From: Dipteris shenzhenensis
Taxonomy: Eukaryota
Direction: 5' to 3' (one strand)
Assembly: GCA_047967505.1 (NCBI GenBank)
Contig: CM106538.1
Length of the DNA: 64,000 nucleotides
The position numbers were made by a program, and so were the translations under genes. The notes under the pieces were generated by a model, which ran no database searches, was not told the origin of the DNA, and saw only the letters and a list, made by a program, of their open reading frames with translations. Shown in pieces: positions 13,041 to 27,000 of the stretch. Each line of letters begins with the position of its first letter. Position 1 is the first letter of the stretch.

Positions 13041-14479
13041 AAAATACTTTTACAAGTAGGCGCTTTCCATATTTGGGTGTCTGTTAGAAATTGTTAGTGA
13101 TCATGGTTCACACTTCATTAACGAGGTGATAGCCACACTACTAGCAGATTTTCTCATTATACATTGCAAGTCCACACCGTACTATCCCCAGGCCAATGGT
13201 CAGGCTGAGAGCACAAACAAAACTCTATGCAACATCCTTACAAGGATCATAGAAGCAAGCAGGATGGATTGGGAACACAAGATCACGGTAGCCTTGTGGG
13301 CATGTCAAATAACCTACAAAGCCAATGGAATTCCTAGTGCCCAACTTACGACTTGTGATTAGAGAATGGCTTCTAGGGATTGCTCTTGAAAGACCAGTTG
13401 ACCTAGAAAAGTTAGACGAAGCTCGACCAAGGTCAGTCCATGGTATGATGGTTGAAAAGATATGGTGAAAGCATTGGTTTTGAGGGAGATTTAGCCCTTC
13501 TCTTCAAGTATGCAATGGCAAATGAAAGCTGAAGTATTGGGGCCTAGGTCCCTACCGAGTTATCAAAATAATCCCACAAGGAACAGTCTGCAGCATTGAC
13601 ACTCTAGATGGTGTTGAGATGGTAAGAAACATTAATGGTAGTAAACTCAATAGGTACTATGGACCTCTCACATAGGAGGCCTTGAGGGTCATCCATGAGA
13701 AGAAGCAAAAAAGAAAGAGACCTCAAGCTCCTAAAGCAAACGGCCCACTAGGAAGCCGATGAATGCAATGCTAGGTCTAGGAATAGAGCTACACTCATGC
13801 ACACTCACCTTGAACCATGCAAGTACTATGTTGCCCCTACAAGTGCCATTTCTGAGCAGTTGGTCCTAGGGAGAACATGGGTGGCCCTACCTCTTACCAA
13901 ATCAACTGGCTAGAGAGGACAGCGAGCATGTGTTTCCCCAATGGGAGGACCACCATAAAGCTATGCGAACAAGAAGCCAAGGGAAGGAGGTGATGACACT
14001 TAATTGCAAGGGTTCAGAACCACCATCGACATCCACTAAGGCACCCCCTACCCAAGGGTGAAGGTAATGACACCGCCCACATGAAACACCACAAACTAGT
14101 GGGTCTACAAGGACATGCTACCAAAGGAAAAGAAAGAAAGTGATGGAGTTCAGGTTTGGGTACCAAAGAGACCTCGTCAACAAGAGCTCAAACCTCAACC
14201 CCTCATACCTAGCCGATTAGCAAGAAGGACCCAATGCAAGAGAAGGCCACAATGCACCATTAGAACCTCATGTTGGGTTCCAAACAGCATTCTTAGGGAC
14301 CAAGGATTTTATGAAGGCAACTCATATATTTGGGTCCCAAGACAATGACACAAGAATTCCACAAGAACCATGAGTCCATCTATCTCTCACCCTATGAGAG
14401 CTTCCACACATCCGAATGAAACAAGCTATACATAGGCATGGAGGCCCAAAGTAGAATCCAACTGAGTGTCCAAGACCAT

Positions 14480-15275
14480 AGAAGAGGTAGCCCCAGAAGA
14501 ACCTACCTCCAAGAACCTAGAAAGGACAAAGCAATGATGGCCACTAAAGCACACAAAGATGAGTAGCAATGAAGAGATCCAAGGAGGATCTAAGGGATAG
14601 CCCCACAAGAACCTACTCTCTTGGGTGAAGAGGGTATATCTAAACCTCAAAAATATGTAAGTAGGGGCTTTTACAAACTCCCCTCGAATGCATGTGCTAT
14701 ATATGGTTTTCATGTACTGGCCTCCTTGAGGATCCAAGGGATAGCCCCACAAGAACCTACCCTCTTGGGTGAAGAGACCACAACCATGGTACAAAGCAAG
14801 GAGACCAAGGGAAAAGCCCCACAAGAATCTCCTCCCTTGGAAGAAACAACTTAGACGGCAATAACTAGAAGGACTAAAAGAGACCACAACCATGGTACAA
14901 AGCAAGGAGACCAAGGGAAAATCCCCATAAGAACCTTCTCCCTTGGAAGAAACAACTTAGACAGCAACAACTAGAAGGACAAAAATATCATCAACATGAT
15001 ATGTAAGGTCATCAACCACTCCAGAGCCGCTATGAGCGGTAGTCCCACAAGAACCTACTAAGCTCCCTTGTAAGGAAACACAATAGTCATCATAACATCA
15101 ACTTATGTGGACACAAGTTATGAATTGCTTGCGAGACACCACCATTCCACAACTTTTATCACCAACATGCCTACCCCATGTAGTCCCACAAGAACCTACA
15201 TGGGGAGAAGCCAAATAAGCTAATACAACAATACTGCCTATGCCATCCAAGTTGGTTGAGCCACAAGAACCAACC
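14480..15275 (+). repeat. Degenerate repeat array with core CCCACAAGAACCTAC
   Basis: About 8 core copies, including a ~105-bp tandem pair at ~14775-14980. Lies downstream of the gypsy integrase. Confidence 0.75.
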
Positions 15276-15764
15276 AAGAAGATGGACCCCGTGATAGAAG
15301 AAGTATTATCCTTTACCTTGATGCCTGTGGGTCATGATTCAAAGATCATTCAGAGCTGCCATGATTACCACCTACACCATGATGCCACCTTGGCACATTC
15401 AGCACCATGTGACCCACCAGACACAACCACAAGGAACTTCACACAGTGATGGGAAGGCCACTATGATATGATACCAAGATGGATAAGTTAGGGGCAAAAT
15501 ATAAATTAATGCATCATACGTATCAAGAATATGTGCCAAAGGGGTATTGCCATTTCCAAGCTAAAACCCACAAGATGGCGAGCTAGGGGGTTATAAAAGG
15601 TGGCCAATTTGATTTTTTGGATAAAAAATCTCATACCATCCATGATCATATTTATCCAATAAAGAGGGGCAGTGAAGTGTTCAACTATAGCCAAAAAAAT
15701 GCATTGCCATTAAAAGGAGCACACAATGATGACCTCCCTCTAGCTTTTATCCCTATAAAAGGCC

Positions 15765-16405
15765 TCCCACCCTACTTTCCCCATGAAACGACCTTGCTAG
15801 AAGCCCTTCTATCTCTTACATTAACCTCCCTTCAAAAGGCCTCATGCCCTATTTTCGCCAACGAAAGTACCTAGAAAAGGGCCTAGTATCTCTACTTTCT
15901 CCAGCAAAAGTACTTGGAAAGGTACTCCCCCTCCTTTCTCCAATGAAAGGGGAATGAAAGCAGGAAGAACATGGAGTAAACTAGCATGTAGAAGAGATAA
16001 TTCTCAAACACTTAGAAGGCTAGCCTAAGTATATGTCTAAGAAAATATAAAGGATAAGGTATACAATAATAACTATAAATAATAACTTCGTAAATTAGAC
16101 ATAATTTTCATCTATTTTGTATTATTTAACCAAATAAATGTGTTCAAATGACTTTTTCCCTTCGATTTGAGTGGCTGGATGACTATGTTTTGACATCGGA
16201 TGTGAAAGTTATGGAAAGCTTCAAAAGCTGTCCCAAGTACTTTCGCGAGAGAAAGTACTTGGGAAGGGGCCTTCCCCCCCCTACTTTCCCTAGCAAAAGT
16301 ACCTAGGAAGGGGCATCCCCTCCTAATTTACCTAGCAAAAGTACTTCAAAGGGGGCAGTTCTATCCCTCCAAAGGGCCTCCCTCACTACTTTCACTAGCA
16401 AATAT
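15765..16405 (+). repeat. Two clusters of a degenerate ~40-bp repeat (CTACTTTCCC..GCAAAAGTAC.TGGAAGGGG)
   Basis: Motif recurs at ~15770-15935 and ~16235-16400. Confidence 0.6.
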
Positions 16406-18199
16406 ATACATAGTTTAGTGGGCCCAAATTGTTAGAGTAGTGCTTTAACTACTCAAGAACCATCTACTTCTATACTTTCTTGGATAAATATATGGACTAA
16501 TATGTGTAAAAAAACTCAACTCGGGATTTTTAGCCCAAAAAATATGCATACCTGTGCCAAAGCAATACAAGTAAAGCCAAAGTAGTCCAATATGTAGCAA
16601 GAGCTCTACATGGGGAACAAGCTTGTTCCACGTGTGGAACTCAACAATTCCCCACACATAAGGGGCATGTTCCACACATGGAACTAGGGCATACACGCTA
16701 TATATGCTAGGGAGCAGGCATGTCATTTTTCACCATCACACGAAAGCTCTACCTAAATTTCCACCCAATTTAACAGCATTAAAAAAACTCCCAAACACCT
16801 TACCTGCAACAAACACATGCCCCGAATTCCCCCATCAACCTCGCAAGGACTTTAAAAACATGCTCAGCACCAAATGTCCCTACATCAATGATCTTCAACA
16901 CCAAGTTAATTCCATACCCCATCCAATGGATCCCTTCCAGCAATAGTACAAGACAAGAAGCACCATGATGCATCGATGCAGCCACAACCCCAAACTACAA
17001 CTATTGTATCCTTCATGGAAGGAGAGGCCTCACATATGTCCTCTAACACCTCTCAATATGTTGCTTGCCTTCTATGAGAAGAACCAGAGTTCTTACGGAG
17101 CATTACACCAATACCACCCTCATGTCACAACTAGGAGCCGAGTGGATGAAGTGGTTTAAAGGACACGTAATTCACAACAAGTAGAGGTATAATCCCAGCA
17201 CTGACTTCAAGGTTATATATCACATTGTTGAGTGCTATGCCACCCTCTGTGAACTTGATGTCTCTCTAGGATCGATCCATTAATCCTTGGGGATCTAGTG
17301 CGAAGCCTACCCACCTACCATGATCTCCAAAGCTACGTGCAGTTTGTCAGCGATTACAAGATGAGCACATGACAATCCTTGGTCATGGAACATGGCATAG
17401 ACGGTGAGGTACCCCTATGAAAGGTCATTTTGTTGAAGGAGCACTATCCCTTCTTGACTGCAACCCCACAGATAAGGAATGTCAACAAGGAGCTGACACC
17501 ATGGGTGGAATACAATCCCATGAAAAACAAGAACGATGTTGCTTTTGATGAATTCATTGACCAAACCTCCAACAAGTCGCCCATTTTTTGACCCTCCTCT
17601 TTAGGGTGAAGTACAATGATCATCATGCCATCATTAGCCCAGGAAACCTCGCACAACTCTGCATGCCTAATCAATTCCGCACCAACTACGCAAACTTTTT
17701 CTTTAACGAGATAGACCACAACTATTAGCAGCACAATCACAAAATTGGGAATCCAATGCTACTAACACTTGTAGACTATAATCTCTAAGGAACCATGCTA
17801 CCTCCTTCCATCCATGTACTCATCACCGAAGTATAGCAACAACATGCCCCCGCCTCTTGTAGTAAGAGCTCTGCCATGGAGACCCACCAAGCGAAATGCC
17901 AAGGGCTTTGAATAGGAGCAGGACACAAAAACCTCTGAGATGGAGGTCCTTCCACAAACCAAGCAGCCACAAGTGGTAGCCGTCACCACACCATGGTTTA
18001 GATCAAGGAGGTAACAAGTAAGGAAGTGCAGTCTATCTAAGCTACAAAGGAGCAATGATAGCAACAACCAACTCCTCATCCATAGCACTCAATGGTTCAT
18101 TAGACATAGTGGAGGAAGCCCACAAAGAAGGAGCTGACATGCTATTAAGGATGCAACAAAAGGGGAAAGACCCCATGTACACAGCTCCACTACCACCTC

Positions 18200-18610
18200 C
18201 TCAAGCCCCTACCTTTGACCTCTAACAGATTGTGGCAACTTTCATTGATGTCAGGGATCTTGCCAAAGCTGAGAAAGTAGAGGAGCACCTTATTGTGCTA
18301 ATGGAGTCTTGTGCAACGACATCCTAGGTTGCCTACACATAGGAGGAGGCGAAGAGGTGCAATGTAAAGCAGAGCTAGCTGATGTGTACAAAGTAGAGAA
18401 GATGGGGTTGGAGGCATGGCCCAAACTCCTGCAAACACAAAAAGATGAAGCCTTAGCCACCCTACAAAACATGACAAAAGAATGGTACGCTACATGCCGC
18501 CCACTAGGCACCCCCTCTTGAGTAACCACAAGATGAGGACCTCGAGCACTGCCTTGACACCCTCAGTATTACTGCTATGGAGCTTGCCACATTCACCTAT
18601 GCTGAATGCA
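18200..18610 (+). repeat. Internally deleted copy of 21449-22121
   Basis: Both copies start CTCAAGCCCCTACCTTTGACCTCTAACAGATT and end CACCTATGCTGAATG. This copy lacks two internal segments. Confidence 0.9.
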
Positions 18611-21448
18611 CCCATCAAGTCTTCCCGGAACGCCCCTTCCACATGCACACCAATCTTCACCATTTTTGGATCTCCTTTCGCACCCAGATCCAGTTCTTGC
18701 AAGTCATCCTCCTTAACCCTCGAGCTTTTCCTCAATTGTTCTTCATAAGCTGCTTCTACTTTTCTTATCACCGATTCCTCCCATTTGGGTACAGGCACTC
18801 CCTCGGACTGTTCGAAAATATCTGATTTTCGGGGCTCCGGATCAGATTCCCCTGTTTCTTTTCCTGCCCATGATGTTGTTTACTTTTCTTCTGGCTTCGT
18901 CCGGTCGTATTGTTCCACGATCTTGGTAACATCAACCTCAAACACTAGAACAAGTGACATATTTCTATCCAGGAAGATTTCGTCTTCATCATCATCGATT
19001 TCTAAAACCATGTGAATCCCTTGAGCCACCAAAGGGCGTACTTCACATTTGAGAGACACTTTAGGCACCATGTTCACCTTGAGTTTCTTCTTACCACTAC
19101 GGATTGTAATGCGGGATGCTTCCCAGTCCTTCTTGACATGGGCTGCTTGGAACCACGGTCGCCTGAGTAGCATGGGATACGGTTCCTCTCCTAGTTCCAT
19201 TTGAATAACAACAAAATTTATGCGGAATGATAGGCCTTGTACCTCAATCAACTGGTTTCGAATGATACCCAATGGGTGAATCGGTCTTTGATCTGCCATC
19301 TTCACCTAGAACGGAGCTAGATCCAGTTCAATTAGGCCCATTTGTTGATACATATATTGCCGCAGGATGTTGACTCTGGATCCCCCATCAAGCAATGCTC
19401 TCACAATTTCTAGGCCATTGCACTGCACCTGGATCGTTGGAACCTTGTAATCCACATCGAACCGGCGACAGTTGTGTATTCATCCTAGCATTAGGGTTGT
19501 ACCAACAAACTTCCATCGAGTGTCCTGGTTTCTGGCAAATCTGATAAGCAATGTTGACTTTGCCCTTTGCAATGCCAAAGCTTTTCAATTTTTCATCCAG
19601 GAGTTTTTCCAACTCTACAGTTTTGGTTCCCTTCTTTGATTTGCTTTTTTCTCTGCTCCTTTTCTTGTCCTCAAATTTCTTTTTATTCTTCCTGGACTTC
19701 TCGTTCTTCTTTTTCTTTTTACTTTCATCATCAGAATCATCCTCCGATGAATCTGTATCTGTTTCTGATTTTGTGTCTGATTCATAGTCAGATGTATCAC
19801 TTTCAAAGTCAAAGTGTTCAAATCCAAACCAGATTTCTAGGATTTTTTCTTGGATCAGAACCCTCCTGGCATTCTGCTCGTAGTGCAATTTCAATGAGCG
19901 AATTTATTCCTGTTGCTATGCTGGTGGCAATTCCACCCCCATGACTACTGCTTGGATCCAACCCTTGACAGAAATTTTCTGCCAAGGTTTCATTGGTCGA
20001 GCGCTTCGCCAAGCATACAAGTCCTGGAACCGCTGACTATAGTCTTCCACAAACAATTTCTTTTGTTTTAATTTTTCCAGCTTCCTACAGATATCACTCG
20101 GAGTTTTCTCCTTCTGGTACCTCTTTAGGAATGATGTTGTTGGATCATTGAATGTTGCAAAATGGGCAACGCCATATGGCTGAAACTAGTTCATTGCCTT
20201 GCAAATGTGCATACAAACTGTTGGGTCTTCACATCATCTCCAAACATGGTGTCGAAGCTGCTTGCCTACCATCGTGTCTCAAATTGGGCTACGTGGCTAT
20301 CAAGGTCTTCTTTCTTTTTGCCCCGAAATTTAGTGAACTTGCACTTACGACTTGGCACGTTGGGATTTGGATTTGCCATATTCAGTTGTGAGGGTTTACT
20401 AGTGGTACTACTGGTACTCTGACCTGTTGTGCTGTCGAATTTTGTTGATTGACTACTGTGGATGTATGGGCTGCAGTATGTTGTTGTACTGGATTTTTTT
20501 TCTATCTTCTACCTTGACTTCACACGGATAATGGATCAAACTGCAACCGTCGATTGATCTGTTACCATCTTGCAAGCGCAACGGTTCTAACGATGGATGT
20601 AAAATCCCGAAAGTCGGATTCCACTACCCCTGGATCGACCGTCTGCACCTACTCGTCGTTGTTACTAGATTATCCAACTGGGTGTCGGCATCGGCTCTGC
20701 AAAGATCCTCCGCTGGTGGTTCCATCCGTCGCCTCCGCTCCTCTTCTAACTAGAGTTGGGCTTGGTACCATATCAAGTACAATCTAAAGCCACTACCATC
20801 GTATCCGTCTGACATGCGCTCCCAGAAGAGCCACAATAAATCACTCCAGAGTCACTCGAGACCATTTCTACTTTTTGGTTTCATAACCATCGAGTACCAC
20901 CTCTTTTCGGAGCACCGGACTGGACGATCAGGCTTCCCGAAACCTCCTACGCTACAACGCCCTCACCTAATGTTTGTGGCTCGACCTTGACTTGAGCGAT
21001 CATCATGATTCCACATCCATCACGCATTCATCTCTCGTTCGTCACTGTCGCAACCGTCTGCAAACCAGATCTCTTTTTGGGTATTCAAACTCGTAGGATC
21101 ACCAAGTGTTTATGAGATACAACAATTGATATTCCAAAATACAAGAATAACCTTCCATCAAATTCATTTGCAATATAGAACAGACATCAGATTACTGCAT
21201 CCATTTCAGATATACGACATTCTTGAATTGAAACCTTTTAATCAGTTCTGCTTTTAAATATCCAACAATCATTGATGAACAAAAGATAGATCAAAGTCAT
21301 TCAGATGATGTATTAGGCAGAATAAGATATCTGCACACTTCCATATCAAAGAGACTTATCCAACACAGAACAACCAATAGAAAAGCGAGACGAACTAACA
21401 TCCAGATACATCCAACTGTTGAAGCGGTAGTTTTAAAGACTACCCCGG
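18611..21448 (-). mobile_element. Truncated Ty3/gypsy element: LTR part, putative PBS, gag, protease, start of RT linker
   Basis: Zinc knuckle remnant YQICQKPGHSMEVC; protease ALLDGGSRVN near 19370-19398; MADQRPIHPLGII..LLRRPW. LTR end ...AAACA then CT-TGGTGATCC at ~21107-21096. Confidence 0.85.
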
Positions 21449-23304
21449 CTCAAGCCCCTACCTTTGACCTCTAACAGATTCTGGCAACTTTCATTGATGT
21501 CAGGGATCTTGCCAAAGATGAGAAAGTAGAGGAGCACCTTATTGTGCTAATGAAGTATTGTGCAATGACAACCTAGGTTTCCTACACACAACAAGAGGCG
21601 ATGGCTCATGCCCACTTACAAGAAGCACAACTAGCTCAACAATAACTTCAAGAGGTGCAATGTAAAACACAGCTAGCTGATGTTTACAAAGTAGAGCAGG
21701 TGGGGTCAGAGGCATGGGCCAAACTCCTATAAACATAAAAAGTGAAGCCTTAGCCACCCTACAAAACATGACAGAAGAATGGTATGCATCATTAGCCTCT
21801 AAGGATAAATATAAGGAGAGGGACAAGAAGGGCGAATTTGCTTGCAAGGCATTGGAGAATGACATCATCAAGCAAGTGGAGGTGCTAGAGACTCATCACA
21901 AGAGGGCCCTCAAGATAGAGGTAAATAAATATACTACATAGGCGGCTGTGTACCTTGACACAATCCACCAATGTGAGTAGTCAATCAATCGACTCACTAA
22001 GGGCTACATGCCGCCCACCAGGCACCCCCTCTTGAGTAACCACAAGATGAGGACCTCGAGCACTACCTTGACCCTCAATACTACTGCTACGGAGCTTGCC
22101 ACATTCACCTATGCTGAATGTACCCCAATCCAAACACTTACCATACACACATAAGAACTGCGCCTCTCCCTAATTTCCCATCACATAGACACCACTAACC
22201 CTTTAGTACCTCACCATTTTGCTACCTTATTAGACAAGTTGACCCTAACATGCCCACTGGTTGCTATGGCCTATTTTGCCAATCACATCACATTACAAAT
22301 CGAGGAGGTGAGTACATGAAAACCCTATGTAGCACATGCATTCAAGAGGGATTTATAAAACCCCCTAGTTACATATTTTTTAGGTTTAAATACACTCCTT
22401 ATGTACCCCTTTTTATAATTAAAACACCCCTTATGTGTGGAATTTTTCACTTTTTAAATTTAAAAAACCCTTATGTATGCATATTTTTTATAGCTTCACA
22501 AAATTAAAAATTCCCTTCTAATGAACTCACGTGCTATCTTGGATAATTTTGCGTGACCTCGCCGAGCATTACAACACCCCCATGACATATATAAACTCTC
22601 CCTTCACCCCCTTTGTCTTAACTTGCAAGATTGGGTAAAAATCCTTGGCAAGTCCATCTCATTAACACATACCTGTGACTTTATTGACCTTATCAAACCC
22701 AATGACTTAATTGCCTACCCCATTCCTCTAGATTCCATGACCAAAGGTCTCGGCTGGATGGAAGCTGAAGGTTATTATCAAGTCACAGATGTTATGCTGC
22801 ACATTAAAGACCACGATTCAACACTTTACAATCCTAACAGCATGATTGTGTTTTTCAATAGGGTTAGAAGAGCCCTTGAGAGGATGAAGGATACATTAAT
22901 AAATACATTCGACACTTCTCATGTGGCCTACCTTGAAAATTTAATGGAAGAGGAGTGGTAAAGTGAGGTCCACAGATTCCGTAAAAATTATGATCCCACC
23001 TACCGTGAGCCTTTTGATGATGAGGATGATGAAAAAACTGGCTCTAAACCCGAAGAACCCCCCTCACCTCCCCCCACCACTAACACACAAACACAAGACA
23101 CTCCACCACACCGGATGCACCGAAGGATGTCACCCCTTTCCCTTCATACACTGACGGCACCCATACTTCCACACAAGTACCCCTACCTCCACCACCACCT
23201 TTTCCACCACAACACTTGCACCCACCCACAACTGCTCTACAATAGCAACAAGACATCCCAACATCCCTCAAATTCCAAACCCTTGCTTCCGAGATGCCTT
23301 CCAT

Positions 23305-23470
23305 TAGTTAGTTGTGCTGCCCACTACAGATCCCCCATCGGATGACAAAGACAAAGAACTATTCCCCCCCAAAGTCCAAACCCTCACCACTAAGCTTCCT
23401 TTCATCACTAGTTAGTTGTGCTGTCCACTAACCCCATTGGATGATAAAGACAAAGAACTGTTCCCCCTCC
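23305..23470. repeat. Direct repeat pair, ~65 bp
   Basis: TAGTTAGTTGTGCTG.CCACTA...GGATGA.AAAGACAAAGAACT.TTCCCCC occurs twice. Confidence 0.8.
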
Positions 23471-24099
23471 AAAAGTTTAATTTTGGGGTCAATGCAAGCT
23501 TGGGTTAGCCATTTTTTGTGAGGTTTGAGGCCTTTTTTGTATATAGGTAACTTGCATTACCCATAACTTATGCATTTCTCAATGGAACTCAACAAACTTG
23601 GTATCCAAGAAGTAGTACACATTCCAAACTTTGATATGAGATCAAAAGACACATAATTAAAATTTATAATGAGCATTAAATGATTACAAGTGCTATGTTG
23701 CATGTGAGGCATGTGTTCTAAACAATATATGTTATAATAATTCATGCAAAAATGTCAAAATTTTGTTATGCACATACATGCAACTAAGTAATCATTCTAA
23801 AGTAACTACATGAGCTTCTCCTCAACCAAAGGACGAATCTAATTAAGAACATCTAGTATGGTTTAAGGGGCCTCCAATGTTGTGCTAAACTTTTGCATAC
23901 CCATTCAAGGACATGCTCCATAACTTTTTTTGGTTTGTTGAAAACCAAATCAAATTGAAAAAATGGAATCCAAACTAGTGGGACAAGTGCATCACTGATA
24001 TTTACTCATAAAGTTGAGCACTATATTTTATATTCCATAAAAAAAGAGTATTTACAAGCCCTCTAGGCCATCCACAAAATATCATATATCAATTCTACT

Positions 24100-27000
24100 G
24101 AAACAACCAAGCTTTTTATGTCCTTTATATACCAAAAAGATAACAGTTCTTTGCTCTAATCATCACCTCTCTTGTTGGATGAAGATCCATAGTCTACTCC
24201 ATGATTCCCTTGTGGTAGCCAATAAATAGATGATGGGTATCCTCCTACGCATTGCATGCTGGACACCTCCCTGAGCCTCTACCCAGCCTCTTTTCTTTTT
24301 CACCTGTCTAGAGTTCCTTATGCAATACTAACCAGGTTAACATGTTAATTTTCTCTTACAGTCTTGCCCATATGTATTCTGTTCTTTTCTTCCAAGTGTT
24401 TCTAGTTTCCCTCACCTTCCACAACCTGTTCAGACCTAGATGCAGATTAAAATGAGCATTGCTTTTAGGAATTTTTGTTAACTATGTATCATCCAACCAT
24501 CTAAAATGGTGAGTCTAAGTCCCTTCAGTTCCTGGAAGCTTGTATAACTAGAATTCTTTCCACAAAGAGGTCCTTTCCTAGATGAACATGATTTGTTTTG
24601 GAGTAATCTTGAAAATGGCCTTTAGTTCACCCTCAGTCAACCACCTTCTCTCTTGAGCCTTCCATAAATCACTCCACTTTCTACAGCCTTTATCTGAGAT
24701 CCTCTTAGCTCTAGGATAATCTGTATTTGAATTTGATTCTCAAGGAAGTAGACAAGGAAGAAGATCGAGTCTCTTCCTATATGACAAGGTCTCCTATGTG
24801 TGAAGACTTGCCACACAATTCTATCTCTAAATTTATTCCAAGCATTACAAAACCCCTTTACTAGTTTTAATGAAGGGAATTTAAAAGATGTCCGACTATA
24901 CAGTGCAGCTAATAAAGGGATCTCTCTCCAGGAAGGGTGGACTAAAGGATAAAAAGTTTCAAAGTGTCTCATAATGAGGGAAGCCCATATTGCTTTTGGA
25001 TCAATGATGGCCTTTAGTACCCATTCACCATACAATCTATCAAACAATTCTCTTACCTCAGGAATATCCAACCCTCCTCCCTCTCTATCCAGTGTTATGC
25101 TCCACTTCACCTTTAGAACCTTTCCCCCCTAGAGGAATCTTCTAAAGAAAGAAGTCATCCTGGTAGTTGCCCTTTTTGTGAGTGCCCAGCATGACAAAAA
25201 GTAGAGGGAAGTTCCCACAATCTAGTGTTTTGGGACCATCCTTGCCCCTTCAAAGCTGAATTGAATCCCTTGCCATCTTGGCAATTTATTTTCCATTTTA
25301 TCTAATACCCAATCCCATCTCTGATCAAATGTGACTCCAAAGCCCATTGGGATTTTAAAAAGTCTTAAGACTTCACCTTCTTTAATCTCCTGACATCCCT
25401 TATCCTTGAAAAGATGCACTCTCTACCCTTAAGTTCAAAGTAAGAGGTTTTAGTAGGGCTAAGTTTGGAGCTTGAGGCAATGCAAAAGACCTCTATTTTC
25501 TTCCACAATGTCCTTATGCTATAATCTATGAAGTTCACCACAAAGTTGGTATCATCTATTAAGTTCACCACAAAGTTGGTATCATCTGAAAATAATTCAT
25601 TCACTATCTGCTTAGTGCCTCCATAAATAGGGACCTCGATACCTTTAATTTTGCTACCATCCATCTCATTTTGGACAAGCCAATCCAGGCTATCTGCAGT
25701 AATGGCAAAAAGAAGGGGTGAACTAGGGCAACCATTGCTTATGGAACAAGTGAGGTCTATTGACTCCGAAGGAGTTCCGTTGACATTGACACAAGTTGAA
25801 GCACCCCTTAGTAGAGTTCTGACCATAAATATGAAGTTTCCTCATACTCTCAAAGATAAAATCCCATTCTATTCTATCATAGGCCTTCTCAAAATCAATT
25901 TTGATGAAGCATATGTCCTGTTGGCTTTCTTTTGCATAATCCATCCCCTCCCAAAGACTAACAATGGCTTCCAGTATATGCCGTCCTTTTATAAAGCCTT
26001 TCTGTTCTTCTCGACAAATAATAGACATATAGGGTGAAATTCTTGAGCTTTGGATATAATCTTGTAGGAAACATTTAGCATTGTCAAAGGCCTCCAATTA
26101 CCCACCTCTTGCTTATTGCCTCCTTTATATATCAATTTTATGGTACGTGCATTAATAGCTTTATTGAATGCCCCTCTTGCTATTGCCTCCTTGGCAACGT
26201 TCAACAAGTGTACTCTTGTCACATCCCAGAACTCTTGGTAGAATTCAACAAAAAACCCATCAGGCCCAAGTGTTTTACCCTTTTGCATGTGCATAATAGC
26301 ACGTTCTAATTAGTGGTTTGTCAAGTTTGATTGCTAGAGATTATGGAACAGTCTTGTTCCTTACAATCCTGCTTTTTAATTTGGCTAAGTATTTCTGTGC
26401 ATTTTCTTGAATAGGCTTGCCAATTAAAGATCTAAAATGCACTGCAATAAATTTTTTATTTTCACTTTCATTCTCCACTATCTGTCCATCCTTCAGTAAT
26501 AGGAGAACCCTATCCTTTAAATCTTTCTTCCTAAGGACTCTGAACATATCCTTTGTGGGCCTTTTAGAGTTGCCTAACCACCAGTGTTTAAGATGATTTC
26601 TTTTCTTGACAGAATCCCTTACATCCAAGGATCTCAATCTGCCTTTGAGATCTAATAGTTCCCTTCCTGCAAGAATGTCTCCTTGATCTATCCTTGATTG
26701 TAAAGCTTGAATTTCTTGAGTTATTGCAATTATCCTTTTTTCCCTTGCCCTCTTAACTGTCCTGCCACAGGAAAGGAAAACCTGTCTAGTATCCTCGAGA
26801 GCTTCCTCCCAAAAAGACCTTGGATCCATATATTATGAGACTGAATTGGCCCAAATACTTCTAACCCTTGACTTCATCCAGTCATATCTAAGTAACAAGT
26901 TGTTATATTTGAAAAATTTGTCCTCTTGGGAGGGGAAACTATCACTAACTGTAAGCAAGATAGGACAGTCGTCTGATAAGGTCATGGCCTGAAAGTAATT

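Larger units (their letters stand above)
11342..13700 (+). mobile_element. Decayed non-chromovirus Ty3/gypsy pol (RNase H, integrase)
   Basis: Fragments: IDASRFTIG, PITFASQQLN, ADHLSRI, HLRIEGGHF..GLWWP, WGIDFVGP, STPYYPQANGQAESTNK, GPY. Many stops and frameshifts. Confidence 0.88.
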
